64,000 nucleotides of DNA from Ignavibacteriota bacterium (GTDB lineage Bacteria; Bacteroidota; Ignavibacteria; UBA10030), in contig CAVSHO010000009.1 of NCBI GenBank assembly GCA_963727825.1, positions 736,001 to 800,000 of the forward strand, read 5' to 3'. Below the pieces are notes generated by a model. It did no database searches. It was not told the origin of the DNA and saw only the letters and a list, made by a program, of their open reading frames with translations. Shown here piece after piece: positions 62,406 to 64,000 of the stretch; the stretch's first letter is position 1, and the number at the start of each line of letters is the position of its first letter. Made by a program: the position numbers and the translations under genes.

Positions 62406-63518
62406 TTATTTTTTAAGTACTTCTTTCACCGCTTTTTGAATAAGCGTTAGCGCCACATTATCAACTACTTTCACGTCTCCAATTTTTATTGGCAAAACGA
62501 AACGCAGTTTTGCGCCAATGTGTTTCTTATCGCGTCCTATAGCGCTTACAATGTCGGTAATTTTCAATAAAGAAAGTTTTATTTTCATGGGGACATGACG
62601 AATTAGCGAAACAATGCGCTCGAATGAATCCGCATCTAACAATTTCATTTCTTTAGCAATAAAGCTTTCAGCTATTATTCCGAGCAAAACCGCTTCACCA
62701 TGTTTCATAAGTTTGTAATGCCCGGCAAATTCTAATCCATGGCCAATTGTATGTCCGCAATTAAGAATGATGCGGATGCCAGATTCTTTTTCGTCCTGCG
62801 ATACAATTTCTGCTTTTATTGCCGCACAATGTTCCTGCACATATTTTATTGCTTCAGTATCGAGCCGGATAATTTTTTCCAGATGTGATTCAAGGAATCC
62901 AAACAATTCAGCATCTCGAATGATGCTATACTTCAATACTTCGCCAAGACCGCAGATAACCTCTCGCCGCGGCAATGTTTTGAGATAATCCGTATCCATC
63001 CATACAAACACAGGTTGGTGAAATGCGCCAATCATATTTTTCCCGAGCGGATGATTGACGCCAACCTTTCCGCCGATAGAACTATCCACTTGAGCAAGCA
63101 ATGTCGTCGGCACTTGCACCAATCTAATGCCGCGCTGATAAGTTGCCGCAACAAATCCGGCAAGGTCACCTATTACGCCACCGCCTATTGCAATAACAGT
63201 TGAATTACGCGGAATTCTTTTTTCCAACATTTTAGAGTAAATAGTATTTGCGCGGTGGAGACTTTTCTGCTTTTCTCCTGATGGAACGATAATGGTCGTC
63301 GGTTGAAATTTATAGTGGAAAAGGTTTCGCAAAAGCGGCTGAAGGTGGTACGATGCCACATTTCTATCAGTAACAATAACGATAGAATCAGAAATTCCGT
63401 GTTTACGGCACATTGGTGCGAACGATGAAACCATACCCTGACCTGTATAAATGGGATACGAGTGATCGCCAAGCGCAACATCAATTTGCCTTTGGATCAT
63501 AAATTCATTCCTTACCAA
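62406..63518 (-). CDS. aroB: 3-dehydroquinate synthase
   Basis: GGGVIGDLAGF, PTTLLAQVDSSIGGK, GHTIGH. Confidence 0.96.
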   Translation of the reverse strand: MVRNEFMIQRQIDVALGDHSYPIYTGQGMVSSFAPMCRKHGISDSIVIVTDRNVASYHLQPLLRNLFHYKFQPTTIIVPSGEKQKSLHRANTIYSKMLEKRIPRNSTVIAIGGGVIGDLAGFVAATYQRGIRLVQVPTTLLAQVDSSIGGKVGVNHPLGKNMIGAFHQPVFVWMDTDYLKTLPRREVICGLGEVLKYSIIRDAELFGFLESHLEKIIRLDTEAIKYVQEHCAAIKAEIVSQDEKESGIRIILNCGHTIGHGLEFAGHYKLMKHGEAVLLGIIAESFIAKEMKLLDADSFERIVSLIRHVPMKIKLSLLKITDIVSAIGRDKKHIGAKLRFVLPIKIGDVKVVDNVALTLIQKAVKEVLKK

Positions 63519-63999
63519 TCATAAAGTGAATGTTTTTCATAATTGTATCCACCGTCGCTCCTATGCGCATATTGTCGGCATTTATTACTACATTGGCGCG
63601 TGCGTAAAATTGTTCGCGGCGGTTCATTAGATCAAATACACGATTTTTTAATTCCGGTGGAGAAAGCTGGTTGCCATGTTCATCCTTTAGCATTGGACGA
63701 TCGCTCCGATGCTGTACACGCTCTATAATTTCTTCCGGTGAGAGTTTGAGATAAACGAGAATTCCTTTTCGGAGTACAAGCTGACAGTTTTCTTCGTTAG
63801 CAATTGTACCACCGCCAAGTGAAATGACACAATGATCACGTTCAGTCAGTTCTAGTAAAGCGTCCCGTTCCAAATCGCGGAATGCCTTTTCTCCTTCCGA
63901 GCTAAATATCTCAGTCACCCGTTTATTGGTTTTTCGTTCAATGTGCTGATCGACATCAAGATATTCAAAACCAAGAGTATTGGCGAGAATAGGACCAAT
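63505..63999 (-). CDS. aroK: Shikimate kinase (5' end outside the window)
   Basis: The frame is open to the edge: IGPILANTLGFEYLDVD..., GEKAFR, SLGGG, RPML. Confidence 0.92.
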   Translation of the reverse strand: MGPILANTLGFEYLDVDQHIERKTNKRVTEIFSSEGEKAFRDLERDALLELTERDHCVISLGGGTIANEENCQLVLRKGILVYLKLSPEEIIERVQHRSDRPMLKDEHGNQLSPPELKNRVFDLMNRREQFYARANVVINADNMRIGATVDTIMKNIHFMIGKE

Positions 64000-64000
64000 G

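Noticed and set aside
1-64000. CRISPR array, tRNA/rRNA, prophage, defence systems, and the many short antisense ORFs
   Set aside because: No repeat-spacer periodicity, RNA gene signature or phage/defence motif was seen by eye; the antisense ORFs shadow well-supported genes.

Overview
The window is bacterial chromosomal DNA whose gene content suggests the FCB group, most likely Ignavibacteria or a relative (inference). The right part (35.9-64 kb) is core genome: rsmE, an Omp85-type protein, gcvP, rnc, the fab/plsX/rpmF cluster, a PorZ-like protein, ribH, a Crp regulator, PGI/PMI, ptsI/ptsH, an isoprenyl synthase, fni, lpxH, PBP1A, aroB and aroK. The left part (0.3-35.8 kb) lies between rsmE and an orphaned mreD and is accessory. 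It contains (i) an envelope-stress block with matching ECF-sigma-type promoters; (ii) hypAB-hoxEFUYHW, a group 3d NiFe hydrogenase; (iii) an M1+M28+PDZ peptidase; (iv) an iron module of bfr, a hemerythrin-LuxR fusion, a methyltransferase and a FeoA-FeoB fusion; (v) a nickel module of larE, larB, nikR (with a perfect operator palindrome), a TonB receptor, a vitamin-type ECF S component, a methyltransferase and ECF T/A; and (vi) six co-oriented short ORFs separated by decayed attC-like sites with no integrase. The best candidates for new biology are the NikR-controlled TonB/ECF/methyltransferase importer beside larBE, the hemerythrin-LuxR iron unit and the eroded cassette array. Several single-base frameshifts look like assembly errors. 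No rRNA, tRNA or CRISPR array was seen.
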